NCBI GenBank assembly: GCA_018825305.1
Contig: JAHJEO010000003.1
Location: 53,931-117,930, forward strand
Origin: Gammaproteobacteria bacterium
GTDB taxonomy: Bacteria > Pseudomonadota > Gammaproteobacteria > Burkholderiales > Rhodocyclaceae
Direction of reading: 5' to 3'
Length of the DNA stretch: 64,000 nucleotides
The notes beneath the pieces are model-generated. The model did no database searches. It was not told where the DNA came from and was given only the letters and a program-made list of their open reading frames with translations. Both the position numbers and the translations under genes were made by a program. Shown here piece after piece: positions 21,231 through 31,731 of this stretch (the first letter of the stretch is position 1; every line of letters begins with the position of its first letter).

Positions 21231-22873
21231 ATTTTTCGGTACAGCCGCAGCCGTTCGTTCTTGTCGCCGGGGCGGCTGCCTTCCCAGATTTTTTTCCAGC
21301 CGGGCTGCGCTTCTTCGTGCGGCGGCCCCTGCATTAGCAGCAGCGGGCAGTTGCGGCCGCCCTTGCGCGGGCCGACGGTGCGAATGCCGCCGAAGTAATC
21401 GAGCGAGGCGCGCTGCGGCAGGCCGACGCCACTGCGACCGATGCAGCGCGAGCCATCCGGTATGGCGGCCTGCAAGGAAGCCGCTACCGGGCGGTAGCTC
21501 TTGCCGTAGTCGATCCACGGCATCCATAGCGCGATCAGCAGAATCCAGCTGACGGCAAGCCCGATGGCCCAGTGCGTCACGGCGCGCCAGGGCGAGCGCG
21601 GCAGCCGCGTCAGCGCGACGATCCAACCCGCGGTGGCAGCCAATGCCACCGCCAACGCGGTGACCGAAAGGTCCGCGGTGAAGCCCGGTGCGAGCTTGGC
21701 GAAGTTGTGGGCGACCTGCGGCGGAACGCCGGTGAGCATGGCACTGCCGCCGAGCCAGATCAGGCCGGCAAGGAGGGTGAAGGTCATCATGCCGAACCAG
21801 TCCAGGGCGTTGGCCGCGCCGCGCCGCAGCTTGCCGGCGCCGGCGGCGGCAAGCAGGATCAGCGGCAACAGCGCGGGCAATGCATGCAATGCCCGCGCCT
21901 CGCGGCTGAAGAGCCAGAGCATGCCGAGCATGAGACCGGCCAGCGGCAGCAGCATCGAAGGTTCGGCTAGACGCCGGCGGTTTGCCCACAGAGCCCAGAC
22001 GGCGATGGGCCACACGGGAAATGCCGCCCAGCCGATGAGTTCGAGCAGGTCGCCGGCAGCGCCGGTGGCCGACCCGGGCATGAACTGGCGCAACTCGCCG
22101 GACCACCAGGCGGCGAGATGGGCGCCGTTCTCGAAATACAGGGCCAGCGGCCAGGAAAGCGCCAAAGGCAACGCGATTGCCAGCGCCAGCACCACGCCGC
22201 GCCACGTCGCGGCGTCCCGCCAGCGCGCCCCGGAGGAAGTACCCTTGGGGTACCGACTTCCGATCAGCAATAGCAGCGGCACGGTGATGGCGAGGGCGGT
22301 TACGCCGTCGGCAAGGAAGCCGCCGCCCAGGCCAAGGCCGAGCAGTGCGCCACCCGCCAGCGGGCGCGTGGCCAGCAGCGCCAGGCCCCAGTAGCTCAGG
22401 GCCTGGCAGGCCAGCAGGGCGGCAACAGGATGGGCGTCGTGCAGCGGGATCAGCAGGCCCACCGTGCCTATGGCCAGCAGCGGTGCGGCCAGGCCGGCCT
22501 CGCGGTCGTAAAGCGCGCGCGCGGTGCCGGCCAGTGCGACCAGGGTCACGGCGCCAAACAGCGTGGTTGCCAGGCGCGCGGCATCGTGCAGCGGCAGCAG
22601 GGTTTGTAGCGGCCAGACCAGCGCAGCGGCGGTCCAGTGATAAAGCGGCGCGGTGCCGGCCCAGGCCTCGCCGGCGATTTTTGGAATCAGCCAGCCGCCG
22701 TCGCGCAGGAAGCCGACGACGACACCGAGATGGATGGCGTCATCGGTTTTCCACGGGTCGTGGCCGATGGCGCCGGCCACCAGCCAGGCTGCGCAGAGAA
22801 GCCATAGCCACGGGCCGGAGAGCGGCAGCGCCGCCTGCGGCTGGTCTATTCGTGGCCGGACTGGGGGGGGCAT
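21227..22873 (-). CDS. ArnT/PMT-family (GT39/GT83-like) membrane glycosyltransferase
   Basis: 548-aa polytopic protein with an N-terminal [10 protein letters not shown]-type loop, as in dolichyl/undecaprenyl-phosphate-sugar transferases. Confidence 0.65.
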   Translation of the reverse strand: MPPPVRPRIDQPQAALPLSGPWLWLLCAAWLVAGAIGHDPWKTDDAIHLGVVVGFLRDGGWLIPKIAGEAWAGTAPLYHWTAAALVWPLQTLLPLHDAARLATTLFGAVTLVALAGTARALYDREAGLAAPLLAIGTVGLLIPLHDAHPVAALLACQALSYWGLALLATRPLAGGALLGLGLGGGFLADGVTALAITVPLLLLIGSRYPKGTSSGARWRDAATWRGVVLALAIALPLALSWPLALYFENGAHLAAWWSGELRQFMPGSATGAAGDLLELIGWAAFPVWPIAVWALWANRRRLAEPSMLLPLAGLMLGMLWLFSREARALHALPALLPLILLAAAGAGKLRRGAANALDWFGMMTFTLLAGLIWLGGSAMLTGVPPQVAHNFAKLAPGFTADLSVTALAVALAATAGWIVALTRLPRSPWRAVTHWAIGLAVSWILLIALWMPWIDYGKSYRPVAASLQAAIPDGSRCIGRSGVGLPQRASLDYFGGIRTVGPRKGGRNCPLLLMQGPPHEEAQPGWKKIWEGSRPGDKNERLRLYRKI

Positions 22874-22886
22874 GGTTACGGCGGCG

Positions 22887-22916
22887 GAAAATAAAAAGGC
22901 AGCCGAAGCTGCCCTT
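22887..22916 (-). terminator. rho-independent terminator after rpmE
   Basis: On the minus strand: GGCAGC-ttcg-GCTGCC followed by TTTTTATTTT. Confidence 0.75.
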
Positions 22917-22943
22917 CACCAGACCTGGCTGCGTTTGCCGATG

Positions 22944-23156
22944 TCAGGCGGCGGCGCGCTTGCCGTATTTCTGACGGAAGCGCTCGACGCGGCCGGCGGT
23001 ATCGACGATCTTCTGCTTGCCGGTGTAGAACGGATGGCAAGAGGAGCAGACCTCGATATGCAGCGGCTTGCTGTTGGTCGATTGGGTCTTGAAGATGGCG
23101 CCGCAGCTGCACGTCACTTCGATCTCGCTGTACTTCGGGTGAATGCCTTCTTTCAT
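22944..23156 (-). CDS. rpmE: 50S ribosomal protein L31 (Zn-ribbon type)
   Basis: [19 protein letters not shown]...[13 protein letters not shown]. Confidence 0.97.
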   Translation of the reverse strand: MKEGIHPKYSEIEVTCSCGAIFKTQSTNSKPLHIEVCSSCHPFYTGKQKIVDTAGRVERFRQKYGKRAAA

Positions 23157-23237
23157 GTTCCTGTCCTTACAGTGCGTCGCTCCGGGGCTGGGAGTGGAGC
23201 GGAAAACGCGCGATTATCCCGAAAAATCGTCCGGAAA

Positions 23238-24497
23238 TCAACCTCTGCGCATGGCGTCGAAAAATTCGCCGTTGTTCTTGGTAGCCTTGATCTTGTCGAG
23301 GAGGAACTCCATCGCCTCGAGATCGTCCATGTTGTAGAGCAGTTTGCGCAGGATCCACATCTTCTGCAGCACGGTGGGTTCGAGCAGCAGTTCCTCGCGG
23401 CGGGTGCCGGAGCGATTGACGTTGATGGCCGGATAGACCCGCTTCTCGGCCATCTTGCGGTCGAGGTGGACTTCCATGTTGCCGGTGCCCTTGAACTCCT
23501 CGTAGATCACCTCGTCCATGCGGCTGCCGGTCTCGACCAGCGCCGTGGCGATGATGGTCAGCGAGCCACCTTCCTCGATGTTGCGGGCGGCGCCGAAGAA
23601 GCGCTTGGGTTTTTGCAGGGCGTTGGCATCGACGCCGCCGGTCAGCACCTTGCCGGACGCCGGTTGCACGGTGTTGTAGGCGCGGGCGAGGCGGGTGATG
23701 GAGTCGAGCAGGATCACCACATCCTTTTTGTGCTCGGTCAGGCGCTTGGCCTTCTCGATCACCATCTCGGCGACCTGCACGTGGCGCGTCGCCGGTTCGT
23801 CGAAAGTCGAGGCGACGACTTCGCCGCGCACTGTGCGCGTCATCTCGGTCACTTCTTCCGGGCGCTCGTCGATCAGCAGCACGATCAGCACGACGTCCGG
23901 ATGGTTGGCGGTGATGGCGTGGGCGATGTGCTGCATCAGCACGGTCTTGCCGGCCTTGGGCGGCGACACGATCAGGCCGCGTTGGCCCTTGCCGATGGGT
24001 GCGATCATGTCGATGACGCGGCTGGTGATGTTTTCCTCGGCGCGAATCTCGCGCTCCAGGCGCAGATGCTCGGTCGGATGCAGCGCCGTCAGGTTTTCGA
24101 ACAGGATCTTGTTCTTGCAGGCCTCGGGCGAGCCGCCATTGACCTTGTCGAGCTTGACCAGGGCGAAGTAGCGCTCGCCGTCCTTGGGTGTGCGGATCTC
24201 GCCTTCGATGGTGTCGCCGGAGCGCAGGTTGAAACGTCGTACCTGCGATGGCGAGACGTAGATGTCGTCGGTGCCGGCGAGGTAGGAAATGTCGGGCGAG
24301 CGGAGGAAGCCGTAGCCGTCGGGCAGGACTTCAAGGCAGCCGTCGCCGTAGATGGTCTCGCCTTTTTTGGCGTGCTGCTTGAGCAGGGCGAAGATCAGTT
24401 CCTGCTTGCGCAGACGGTTGGCGCCGTCGATTTCGGCGGCATTGGCCATTTCCAGCAGTTGGCTGACGTGGTGGTTCTTGAGCTCCGATAGTTGCAT
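23238..24497 (-). CDS. rho: transcription termination factor Rho
   Basis: Full-length, unmistakable 419-aa Rho ([18 protein letters not shown]..., Walker A PPKAGKT). Confidence 0.98.
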   Translation of the reverse strand: MQLSELKNHHVSQLLEMANAAEIDGANRLRKQELIFALLKQHAKKGETIYGDGCLEVLPDGYGFLRSPDISYLAGTDDIYVSPSQVRRFNLRSGDTIEGEIRTPKDGERYFALVKLDKVNGGSPEACKNKILFENLTALHPTEHLRLEREIRAEENITSRVIDMIAPIGKGQRGLIVSPPKAGKTVLMQHIAHAITANHPDVVLIVLLIDERPEEVTEMTRTVRGEVVASTFDEPATRHVQVAEMVIEKAKRLTEHKKDVVILLDSITRLARAYNTVQPASGKVLTGGVDANALQKPKRFFGAARNIEEGGSLTIIATALVETGSRMDEVIYEEFKGTGNMEVHLDRKMAEKRVYPAINVNRSGTRREELLLEPTVLQKMWILRKLLYNMDDLEAMEFLLDKIKATKNNGEFFDAMRRG

Positions 24498-24732
24498 AGT
24501 GCGGTGGGGGCTGGACGTGGGGTAACGTTGAGGGAACGCAAGGCAGCGAGTAGCTGCGGCGACGACCGGTAAACCGGGAGGGATAGCGGGGGAATTCGGT
24601 AAGCGGGGGGATCGGTGCGGCGGATGCTGTGGCTGGCACGACCTAGAGTTACGACACTAGGGGCCGGCGCTGGCCCGAATCCGTGCGGTCTCTAGTTCTT
24701 GGCGACGGATTCAGGCGCGGACTGTAGCGGTA
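24498..24732 (-). promoter_or_regulatory. long C-rich/G-poor rho 5' leader (possible rut-type autoregulatory attenuator)
   Basis: 235-nt untranslated gap. The plus strand is strikingly G-rich, so the rho mRNA leader is C-rich and G-poor. Confidence 0.4.
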
Positions 24733-25059
24733 TCAGAGATTGCTGTCAATGAACGAGGTCAACTGCGATTTCGAGAGGGCGCCGATCTTGGTCGCCTCGA
24801 CGTTGCCGCCCTTGAACAGGATCAGCGTCGGGATGCCGCGGATGCCGTATTCGCCGGGAGTCTTCGGGTTCTCGTCGATGTTGAGCTTGGCGACCTTGAG
24901 CTTGCCGGCGTAATCACGGGCGATCTCGTCGAGAATCGGTGCGATCATCTTGCATGGGCCGCACCACTCGGCCCAGTAATCGACGATGACGGGGGTGGCG
25001 GATTCCAGCACTTCGTTCTTGAAGGTGGCGTCGGTGACATAAACGATATGTTCGCTCAT
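24733..25059 (-). CDS. trxA: thioredoxin
   Basis: 108 aa with the WAEWCGPCK active site. Confidence 0.95.
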   Translation of the reverse strand: MSEHIVYVTDATFKNEVLESATPVIVDYWAEWCGPCKMIAPILDEIARDYAGKLKVAKLNIDENPKTPGEYGIRGIPTLILFKGGNVEATKIGALSKSQLTSFIDSNL

Positions 25060-25247
25060 GGATTCCTCTAGCGTGAATGGTGGGATGTGAAGCGTGGCAA
25101 GCGTCGCGCGGGGAGGCGAGGTGCCGTGACCGGGGCGGCGACACGATGCCAAGGGCAACATGAAACGCATCCTAGCAAAATTCGCCGCCTTCTGGAATTG
25201 AAATACCATGTCTATACTTTTCCGAAGCACGAAGAGGAGCGCCTGTC

Positions 25248-25571
25248 ATGACCTATGTCGTTACCGAGTCCTGCATCAAGTGCAAGTACACCGACTGTGT
25301 GGACGTGTGTCCCGTCGACTGCTTTCGCGAGGGGCCGAACTTCCTGGTGATCGATCCGGACGAGTGCATCGACTGCACGCTGTGCGTTGCAGAATGCCCG
25401 GCCGAGGCCATTTTCGCCGAGGACGACGTGCCGGTGGCGCAACAGCATTTCACCGCCCTCAATGCCGAACTGGCCAAGCAGTGGCCGGCGATAATCGAAC
25501 GCAAGGAGCCGCCGCCAGACGCCGACGACTGGTTGAAGGTGAAGGACAAACTGAAGCTGCTCGATAGATGA
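25248..25571 (+). CDS. fdxA: 7Fe ferredoxin (3Fe-4S + 4Fe-4S)
   Basis: [26 protein letters not shown]...[12 protein letters not shown], the Azotobacter-type ferredoxin I pattern. Confidence 0.93.
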   Translation: MTYVVTESCIKCKYTDCVDVCPVDCFREGPNFLVIDPDECIDCTLCVAECPAEAIFAEDDVPVAQQHFTALNAELAKQWPAIIERKEPPPDADDWLKVKDKLKLLDR

Positions 25572-25693
25572 ATTGCGGCATCGCACAAGGGATATTGCCG
25601 GCGGCATTACCAGCGAAAGCTCTTCTATTGCGGCCGTAGCTGGACTAACATCGGTTTGCGGTCCGTCACAACACCTCATCAAGGAGAGTGGCC

Positions 25694-26119
25694 ATGCAAG
25701 CGCGCGACATTCTGACCATCAAGGGTACCGTGCTCTACACGGTATCTCCCGAGAACAAGCTTTCCGAAGCGGTCGCCACCATGAGCGGGGAGGACATCGG
25801 CTCCCTGGTGTGTTTCGACGGCGGGCGCATGGCCGGCATGCTTACCTTTCGTGAGGTGCTGCAAGCACTCAATGCCAATGGTGCCGCCTGGGGCGGCGTC
25901 CGCGTTGCCGACGTGATGGTGCGCGAGCCCTTTGTCGCCGAACCCGGCATGGGTGTCGACGACCTGCGCCGGATCATGCTCGACCGGCATATGCGCTACC
26001 TGCCGGTGATGGAGGGCGACACCCTGCTCGGCGTGATTTCGTTCCATGACGTGGCCAAGGCCATACTTGAAGATCAGGCGTTTGAAAACAAGATGCTGAA
26101 GGCATACATCAACGAGTGA
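25694..26119 (+). CDS. CBS-domain pair protein
   Basis: Two CBS repeats. The ATG at 25694 lies 6 nt after an AAGGAGA RBS. Confidence 0.8.
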   Translation: MQARDILTIKGTVLYTVSPENKLSEAVATMSGEDIGSLVCFDGGRMAGMLTFREVLQALNANGAAWGGVRVADVMVREPFVAEPGMGVDDLRRIMLDRHMRYLPVMEGDTLLGVISFHDVAKAILEDQAFENKMLKAYINE

Positions 26120-26149
26120 GACGTTTCGGTTTCAACTGGGGGAGGCAGA

Positions 26150-27805
26150 ATGGATAAGGTCTGGTTGCAGAGTTATCCGGCGGGAATTCCCGCCGAAGTG
26201 GATCTCGACGAGTTCAAGTCTCTCGTCGACCTGTTCGACAAGAGCGTGGCGACTTTCGGGGCGCACACCGCATTCATCAGCATGGGCAAGAGCATCACCT
26301 ATGCCGAGCTCGACCGCTTGTCACGAGACTTCGCCGCCTACCTGCAATCCGAGCTGAAGCTGGCTGCGGGGGCGCGCGTGGCGCTGATGATGCCCAACGT
26401 CATGCAGTACCCGGTGTGCCTCTTCGGCGCGCTGCGCGGCGGCTACACCGTGGTGAACTGCAACCCGCTGTACACGGCACGCGAACTTGAATACCAGCTG
26501 GCCGATTCCGGCGCCGAGGCCGTGGTGATCCTCGAGAATTTCGCCCATGCCCTGCAGGCGGCGTTGCCGGGGACCGCGGTGCGCCATGTGGTCACCACCC
26601 GGCTGGGCGACATGCTGGGTGCAGCCAAGGGCACGCTGGTGAATTTCGTCGTCAAGCACGTCAAGAAGATGGTGCCGGCCTGGAGCATTCCCGACGCCGT
26701 GCCGTGGGCAAAGGCGATGGCGCGAGGGGCCGGGGTAGAGTTCAAGCCGCAGCCGCTGGGCCACGACAACATTGCTTTCCTGCAATACACGGGTGGCACC
26801 ACGGGTGTTTCCAAGGGCGCGATCCTCTCCCACCGCAACATGATCGCCAACATGCAGCAAGCGCATGCCTGGCTGCGCAGCACGGTGAATGAGGGCGAGG
26901 AAACCATCATCACGGCGCTGCCGCTGTATCACATCTTTGCCCTGACGGTGAGCCTCGTCTTCACCAAACTCGGCGCCAGCAACGTGCTGATCACCAACCC
27001 CCGCGACATCCCGGGTTTCGTCAAGGAACTGGGCAAGCATCGCTACACGGTGATCACCGGCGTCAATACCCTGTTCAACGCCCTGCTCAACAATCCACAG
27101 TTCGGCAAGCTCGATTTTTCGCCGCTCAAGGTCAGTCTGGGCGGCGGCATGGCGGTGCAGCGGGCCGTTGCCGATCGCTGGAAGCAGGTCACCGGAGTCA
27201 CCCTGATCGAGGCCTACGGCCTGACCGAAACGGCGCCGGCAGTGACCATCAATCCGCTCGACCTGCCGGAATACAACGGTGCCATCGGCCTGCCCCTGCC
27301 CTCGACGGAAGTGGCGATCCGCAACGACGATGGCCGCGACGTGCCGCTCGGCGAGGCCGGCGAACTCTGTGTGCGCGGGCCGCAGGTCACCAGCGGCTAC
27401 TGGCAGCGGCCGGACGAAACCACCCAGGTGCTGATGGCCGACGGTTTCCTGCGCACCGGCGATGTCGCGGTGATGGATGAAAAGGGCTATGTGCGCATCG
27501 TCGATCGCAAGAAGGACATGATCCTGGTGTCGGGTTTCAACGTCTATCCCAACGAGGTCGAGGCCGTTGTTGCCATGCATCCAGGCGTACTCGAAGCGGC
27601 GGCGGTTGGCGTACCCGACGAGCACTCCGGCGAGGCAGTCAAGCTGTTCGTGGTGAAACGCTCCCCCGACCTGACCGCCGAGGCACTGATCGCCCACTGC
27701 CGCGAGAGCCTGACCGGCTACAAGATTCCGCATCAGGTCGAGTTCCGCGACGAACTGCCGAAGACCAACGTCGGCAAGATCCTGCGCCGGGCACTGCGCG
27801 AGTAG
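26150..27805 (+). CDS. fadD: long-chain fatty acid-CoA ligase (AMP-binding family)
   Basis: AMP-binding motifs [24 protein letters not shown] and TGDV...DRKKDMI. GGAGG RBS. Confidence 0.88.
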   Translation: MDKVWLQSYPAGIPAEVDLDEFKSLVDLFDKSVATFGAHTAFISMGKSITYAELDRLSRDFAAYLQSELKLAAGARVALMMPNVMQYPVCLFGALRGGYTVVNCNPLYTARELEYQLADSGAEAVVILENFAHALQAALPGTAVRHVVTTRLGDMLGAAKGTLVNFVVKHVKKMVPAWSIPDAVPWAKAMARGAGVEFKPQPLGHDNIAFLQYTGGTTGVSKGAILSHRNMIANMQQAHAWLRSTVNEGEETIITALPLYHIFALTVSLVFTKLGASNVLITNPRDIPGFVKELGKHRYTVITGVNTLFNALLNNPQFGKLDFSPLKVSLGGGMAVQRAVADRWKQVTGVTLIEAYGLTETAPAVTINPLDLPEYNGAIGLPLPSTEVAIRNDDGRDVPLGEAGELCVRGPQVTSGYWQRPDETTQVLMADGFLRTGDVAVMDEKGYVRIVDRKKDMILVSGFNVYPNEVEAVVAMHPGVLEAAAVGVPDEHSGEAVKLFVVKRSPDLTAEALIAHCRESLTGYKIPHQVEFRDELPKTNVGKILRRALRE

Positions 27806-27826
27806 CCGTTCGGGCCGGCCGCCGCA

Positions 27827-27849
27827 AAAAGTCGGCGCTGGCGGGACGG
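27827..27849 (+). repeat. 23-nt word, near-canonical copy
   Basis: AAAAGTCGGCGCTGGCGGgACGG, intergenic between convergent fadD and the GGDEF-EAL gene. Confidence 0.85.
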
Positions 27850-27871
27850 CAGGGGAGGGCGGGCGGCGCCC

Positions 27872-30589
27872 TTAGCGGCTATTGCCCAGCAGCCACGCCT
27901 CGAACTCGGCGCGCGGCATCGGCCTGGCGAAGTGATAGCCCTGCAGGTAATCGACGCCCATCGCCCTCAGTTTGCTGGCAGTGGCCTCGTCCTCGACCCC
28001 CTCGGCGATGGTTTCCAGCCCGAGGGCCTTGGCCAGATGGATGATGGCCTGGGTCATCGACTGGCCCGCGGGTTCGTGCAGGCGGCGAACGAAGGAAATG
28101 TCGATCTTGAGTTCGCTCACCGGCATTTCGTGCAATTGCGATAGCGCCGAATAGCCGGTGCCGAAGTCGTCGATGGCGATGTGAAAGCCGATGTGTTGCA
28201 GGTCCTCAAGGCGCTCGGAGGCGTTGGCGACATCGAGCAGAGCGATGCTCTCGGTCACCTCGAGCACGATGTCCGATGGTTCGAGGCCGGCCTGGGCCAA
28301 CACGCTGACCAGTTGATCGATGGCGTACGCCGAGAACAGCTGGCGCTTCGAGATATTAATCGCCAGCCGCAATGTTTGGCCGCGCGCGCGCCACTCGACC
28401 AGCGCCTGCAATGCCTGCTCCCATATCTGGTGGCCGAGCTCACTGATGATGCCGGTGCTCTCGGCGATGGGAATGAATGTGGCGGGGCCGACCCAGCCGA
28501 ACTCGGCGTCGTGCCAGCGCGCCAGCACCTCGGCGACCTGGCATTCGCCGTTTCCGGCGCTGACGATAGGCTGGAACCAGGCCTGGATGCGCCGGGAATG
28601 GACCGCCTCGACCAGCTTGTTCTGGATGTAGAGCTCGCGCCTGCCGCCGCCCTTGTCGGATACCTCGCCGAAGAAGCAGGTCTGGTTGCGCCCCTGGGTT
28701 TTGGCGTAGAACATGGCGCGGTCGGCATGGGTCAGCAGGCTTTCCACCTCCTGTGCGTCAGCCGGATACATTGCCACGCCCATGCTGAATGTCACCGTGT
28801 ATTCGCCATCCTCGATCTTGAACGGAGATTGCAGTGCCTCGGCAATCTTGCGCGTGACCTCGCGGGCATCCTCTTCGTTGTTCAGTCCCGGCAGCAGCAG
28901 CACGAATTCGTCGCCGCCCCAGCGCGCCAGGGTGTCGCCGGCCCGCAACTGCCGGCGCAACATGCTGGCGAAAGAAACCAGCAGCCGGTCGCCGGCCTTG
29001 TGGCCGAGGCTGTCGTTGATCTTCTTGAAGTGATCGAGATCGATGAAGCAGACGGCGACCTGATGCTCGTCCCTGCTGGCCATTCGAATGGCGATCTTGA
29101 TGCGATCTTCAAGCAGCACGCGGTTGGGCAAGTCGGTCAGGGCATCGTGCAACGCCATGTGCGTGATTTGTTGCTCATGCAGGCAGGTCTGGGTGACGTC
29201 GCGCATCACCCCGCGGATTCCCGTGAGCTTGGCCCCGGAGTCGAATTGGGCGATCAGCCGGCATTCCACCCACTGTTCGCCACCCGAGTGGCCGAGCAGG
29301 CGCAGGCGAACATTCGCCTGCAGCTTGTCGCCGGTCCGGAAGGCCGCGCATATGCGCTCCATGGCATCGGCGTCATCACCGTGGATGAAACGGGCGATGG
29401 GCTGGCCCGCCGCCGATTCGTCGCTACGCGTCAGGCGATTCCAGCCGGGGCTGGCGCGCACTATCCTGGCCGTAGCGTCGAGCTCGAGCACGGCTTCGTC
29501 GAGCATGGCCAGGGTATCGAGATAGGCGCGCTGCTCGCGATCGCGTTCCTCGATGCGTTGCATCAGCGTTTCCAGCGTAGTGGCGACGTCGCCGATCTCG
29601 TCGTTGCCGCTGCTGGCCGGTGCGAGCAGCGGCACGGCTGTGGCCGAGGAACTGCCGCCGGCGAACGACAGCGCGGCTGCGTCCAGCGACTCGATGCGGC
29701 GCACCGAGCGAGACAGCCAGCGGCCAAGACCGGCCCAGAGCATCAGCAGGATCATGGCGATGGCCGCAATCGGCCGCAGCATGAATTCGAGCGCCGGAAC
29801 GCTGTCGATGAAGTCGCGCTGCACCACCAGGGTCGGCGCCAGCGGACCGGGATGAGGCCACGGCAGATGCGTCTGGATCACGCGGCGTTCCCCCACCAGG
29901 ATCAGGCCTTCGCGCGCCGGCTCGATCACTTGTGGCGACCCGGACTGGGAACGCGCAAGGATGCCCGATGTTCCCTGCAGCAGGAGATGGACCTCGGGGA
30001 TCAACGCGGCCCTGAGCATCGAGGTGTTCATCGGCCGGAACAGCAACAGCGACCCCTGGCCGGCCTGTCCCAGCCACAAGGGCGTCGATAGCAGCCGGAA
30101 GAGTTCGCGGTGATCCGCGCTGTAGTACCAGCCGCCGCTGACGGTGTCGGCGACCAAATTGAGGTTGATGGCCTCCGAACCGAAGCGGAACAGGACATCG
30201 CCTGCCGGCGACAGGATCACGAGACTGGAAAAGTCGCCGGATGCCCACTGGGCGGTGAGAAACGTGGTCAACGCGGCCCAGCGAACGGATTCCGGCCCTT
30301 CCAGTATTCGCGTGAATTCGATACGGCGACGGGTTTGCTCTGCCTGGGTCTGCCAGGCGGCCTCCAACTGAGGCAGGGTCTCGATATAGTGGTGGCGCGC
30401 GAGCTGCTGCTTTTGTTCGATTTCGTGCCGTTGCCGCGTTACGTAAGCGTTGAAGCCGACAACTGGAATGCCGACGGTGATGACCGCCATGAAAACAAGC
30501 AGGCGGCGTACGGCTTGCCAGCGCATGGTGATTCGACGTCCCGGCGGAGGGGGGCGGGACGCCGCGGATGCTTTCGGGGCGGCACTCAT
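27872..30589 (-). CDS. membrane sensor with periplasmic domain, PAS, GGDEF and EAL domains
   Basis: N-terminal TM, a roughly 250-aa periplasmic region and a second TM, then PAS, RWGGDEF and an EAL domain (LEVTES...DDFGTGYS). The ATG at 30589 overlaps the stop of the upstream binding-protein gene (ATGA). Confidence 0.9.
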   Translation of the reverse strand: MSAAPKASAASRPPPPGRRITMRWQAVRRLLVFMAVITVGIPVVGFNAYVTRQRHEIEQKQQLARHHYIETLPQLEAAWQTQAEQTRRRIEFTRILEGPESVRWAALTTFLTAQWASGDFSSLVILSPAGDVLFRFGSEAINLNLVADTVSGGWYYSADHRELFRLLSTPLWLGQAGQGSLLLFRPMNTSMLRAALIPEVHLLLQGTSGILARSQSGSPQVIEPAREGLILVGERRVIQTHLPWPHPGPLAPTLVVQRDFIDSVPALEFMLRPIAAIAMILLMLWAGLGRWLSRSVRRIESLDAAALSFAGGSSSATAVPLLAPASSGNDEIGDVATTLETLMQRIEERDREQRAYLDTLAMLDEAVLELDATARIVRASPGWNRLTRSDESAAGQPIARFIHGDDADAMERICAAFRTGDKLQANVRLRLLGHSGGEQWVECRLIAQFDSGAKLTGIRGVMRDVTQTCLHEQQITHMALHDALTDLPNRVLLEDRIKIAIRMASRDEHQVAVCFIDLDHFKKINDSLGHKAGDRLLVSFASMLRRQLRAGDTLARWGGDEFVLLLPGLNNEEDAREVTRKIAEALQSPFKIEDGEYTVTFSMGVAMYPADAQEVESLLTHADRAMFYAKTQGRNQTCFFGEVSDKGGGRRELYIQNKLVEAVHSRRIQAWFQPIVSAGNGECQVAEVLARWHDAEFGWVGPATFIPIAESTGIISELGHQIWEQALQALVEWRARGQTLRLAINISKRQLFSAYAIDQLVSVLAQAGLEPSDIVLEVTESIALLDVANASERLEDLQHIGFHIAIDDFGTGYSALSQLHEMPVSELKIDISFVRRLHEPAGQSMTQAIIHLAKALGLETIAEGVEDEATASKLRAMGVDYLQGYHFARPMPRAEFEAWLLGNSR

Positions 30590-31611
30590 CGGCGGCTTCC
30601 CGCCCATCGGTCATCGATCAGGGACACGGCCGCCGCGAGCTTCATGTCGGGAGCTGCTGCACGCAGAAAGATGTCGGTCGCGGCGATCTGGGGTTCGCTG
30701 AAACGGCCGTCTGCGTTGTAGATCCCCGGCATTTTGCGCAGCAGGTCCGCGCGCTCCTGGCGTTCTTCGGCAGTTCCTGCGCCTGCTTTTTCCGCCACCA
30801 GCTCCGGCGGACTCGACTGTACCCAAACCAGCGAGCGACGCAGCATGCGCACGAAGAGTTCGACCTTTTCAGGATGCCGATGGGCCATCGCCCGCGTCGT
30901 CGCCACCGCGGTTCTGACATGTCCAAGCCCCGGGATTCTCGCGGCGACCCGCGGATCGGTCAGGTCGGTCAGCAGGACCCCCAGTCCGTTTCGAACGAGC
31001 CGGCTGGTAAATGGCTCCTCGCAAAAAACCGCGTCGGCCGCCTTGCTGATCAGCGCGCCACTCAGGCTGTCCCAGTTCTGTCCGGCCGCCAGCCACCTTA
31101 CCTGGTGCCCGGCGACACCATGGGCGCGCAGCACGACCAGGGCGGCCATCTGCAGGTAGGTCCTGCTGTTGATGCTGCCTGTCGAGGTCGCGATGGTGCG
31201 ACCCTTCATGTCGCGCAAGCCGCGGATGGCATTGGCGAGGTCCTTGCGCACGATGACGCCTAGCGGCGGTGTGCGTCCCGACAGGGGAGAGATGGCGACG
31301 ACGTCCTTGCCCCTGGCCGCCAGCACCGGCAAGGTCGAGAAACCCAGTGCGGCAAAATCGGCGTTGCCTGCCAGTACGTCCTCGATGGCGTGTACGCCAC
31401 TGGTCTTGTAGCGCACCACCAGCCTGCCACCCATTTCGCGATCGAAGTTCAGCAACGGAATCAGGTCGATCGGCAGGAATGGCAATGCCTGCGGTCCGGG
31501 AATATTGATGCGGATCAGGGTTTCGCCATCATCGGTTTGCGGGCGGGCGACGGCCGGCAACAGCAGGGCACCAAGCCCTGCTTGAAGAATACGACGCCTG
31601 AATGGGTGCAT
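30586..31611 (-). CDS. orphan periplasmic substrate-binding protein (NMT1/SsuA/TauA-like)
   Basis: Twin-arginine/signal-like N-terminus (MHPFRRRILQAGLGALLLPAVA) and SBP-like composition. No ABC permease or ATPase genes are nearby. Confidence 0.7.
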   Translation of the reverse strand: MHPFRRRILQAGLGALLLPAVARPQTDDGETLIRINIPGPQALPFLPIDLIPLLNFDREMGGRLVVRYKTSGVHAIEDVLAGNADFAALGFSTLPVLAARGKDVVAISPLSGRTPPLGVIVRKDLANAIRGLRDMKGRTIATSTGSINSRTYLQMAALVVLRAHGVAGHQVRWLAAGQNWDSLSGALISKAADAVFCEEPFTSRLVRNGLGVLLTDLTDPRVAARIPGLGHVRTAVATTRAMAHRHPEKVELFVRMLRRSLVWVQSSPPELVAEKAGAGTAEERQERADLLRKMPGIYNADGRFSEPQIAATDIFLRAAAPDMKLAAAVSLIDDRWAGSRR

Positions 31612-31731
31612 GCCGAACGCCCTCGCCTGAACGCCTATGCCTTTTGGTGGCCCCTCCGGTCAGCCATGGCGGCCCGTCTGGCTTTGCGGCCATGTTAAAC
31701 TGAAAGTATTCATACTACAAAGGCATCTGGC

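Noticed and set aside
22653-24491. 612-aa plus-strand ORF
   Set aside because: It is antisense to rpmE and rho, both of which are certain. It is low-complexity (Gly/Ala/Asp/His-rich) and is a shadow ORF.
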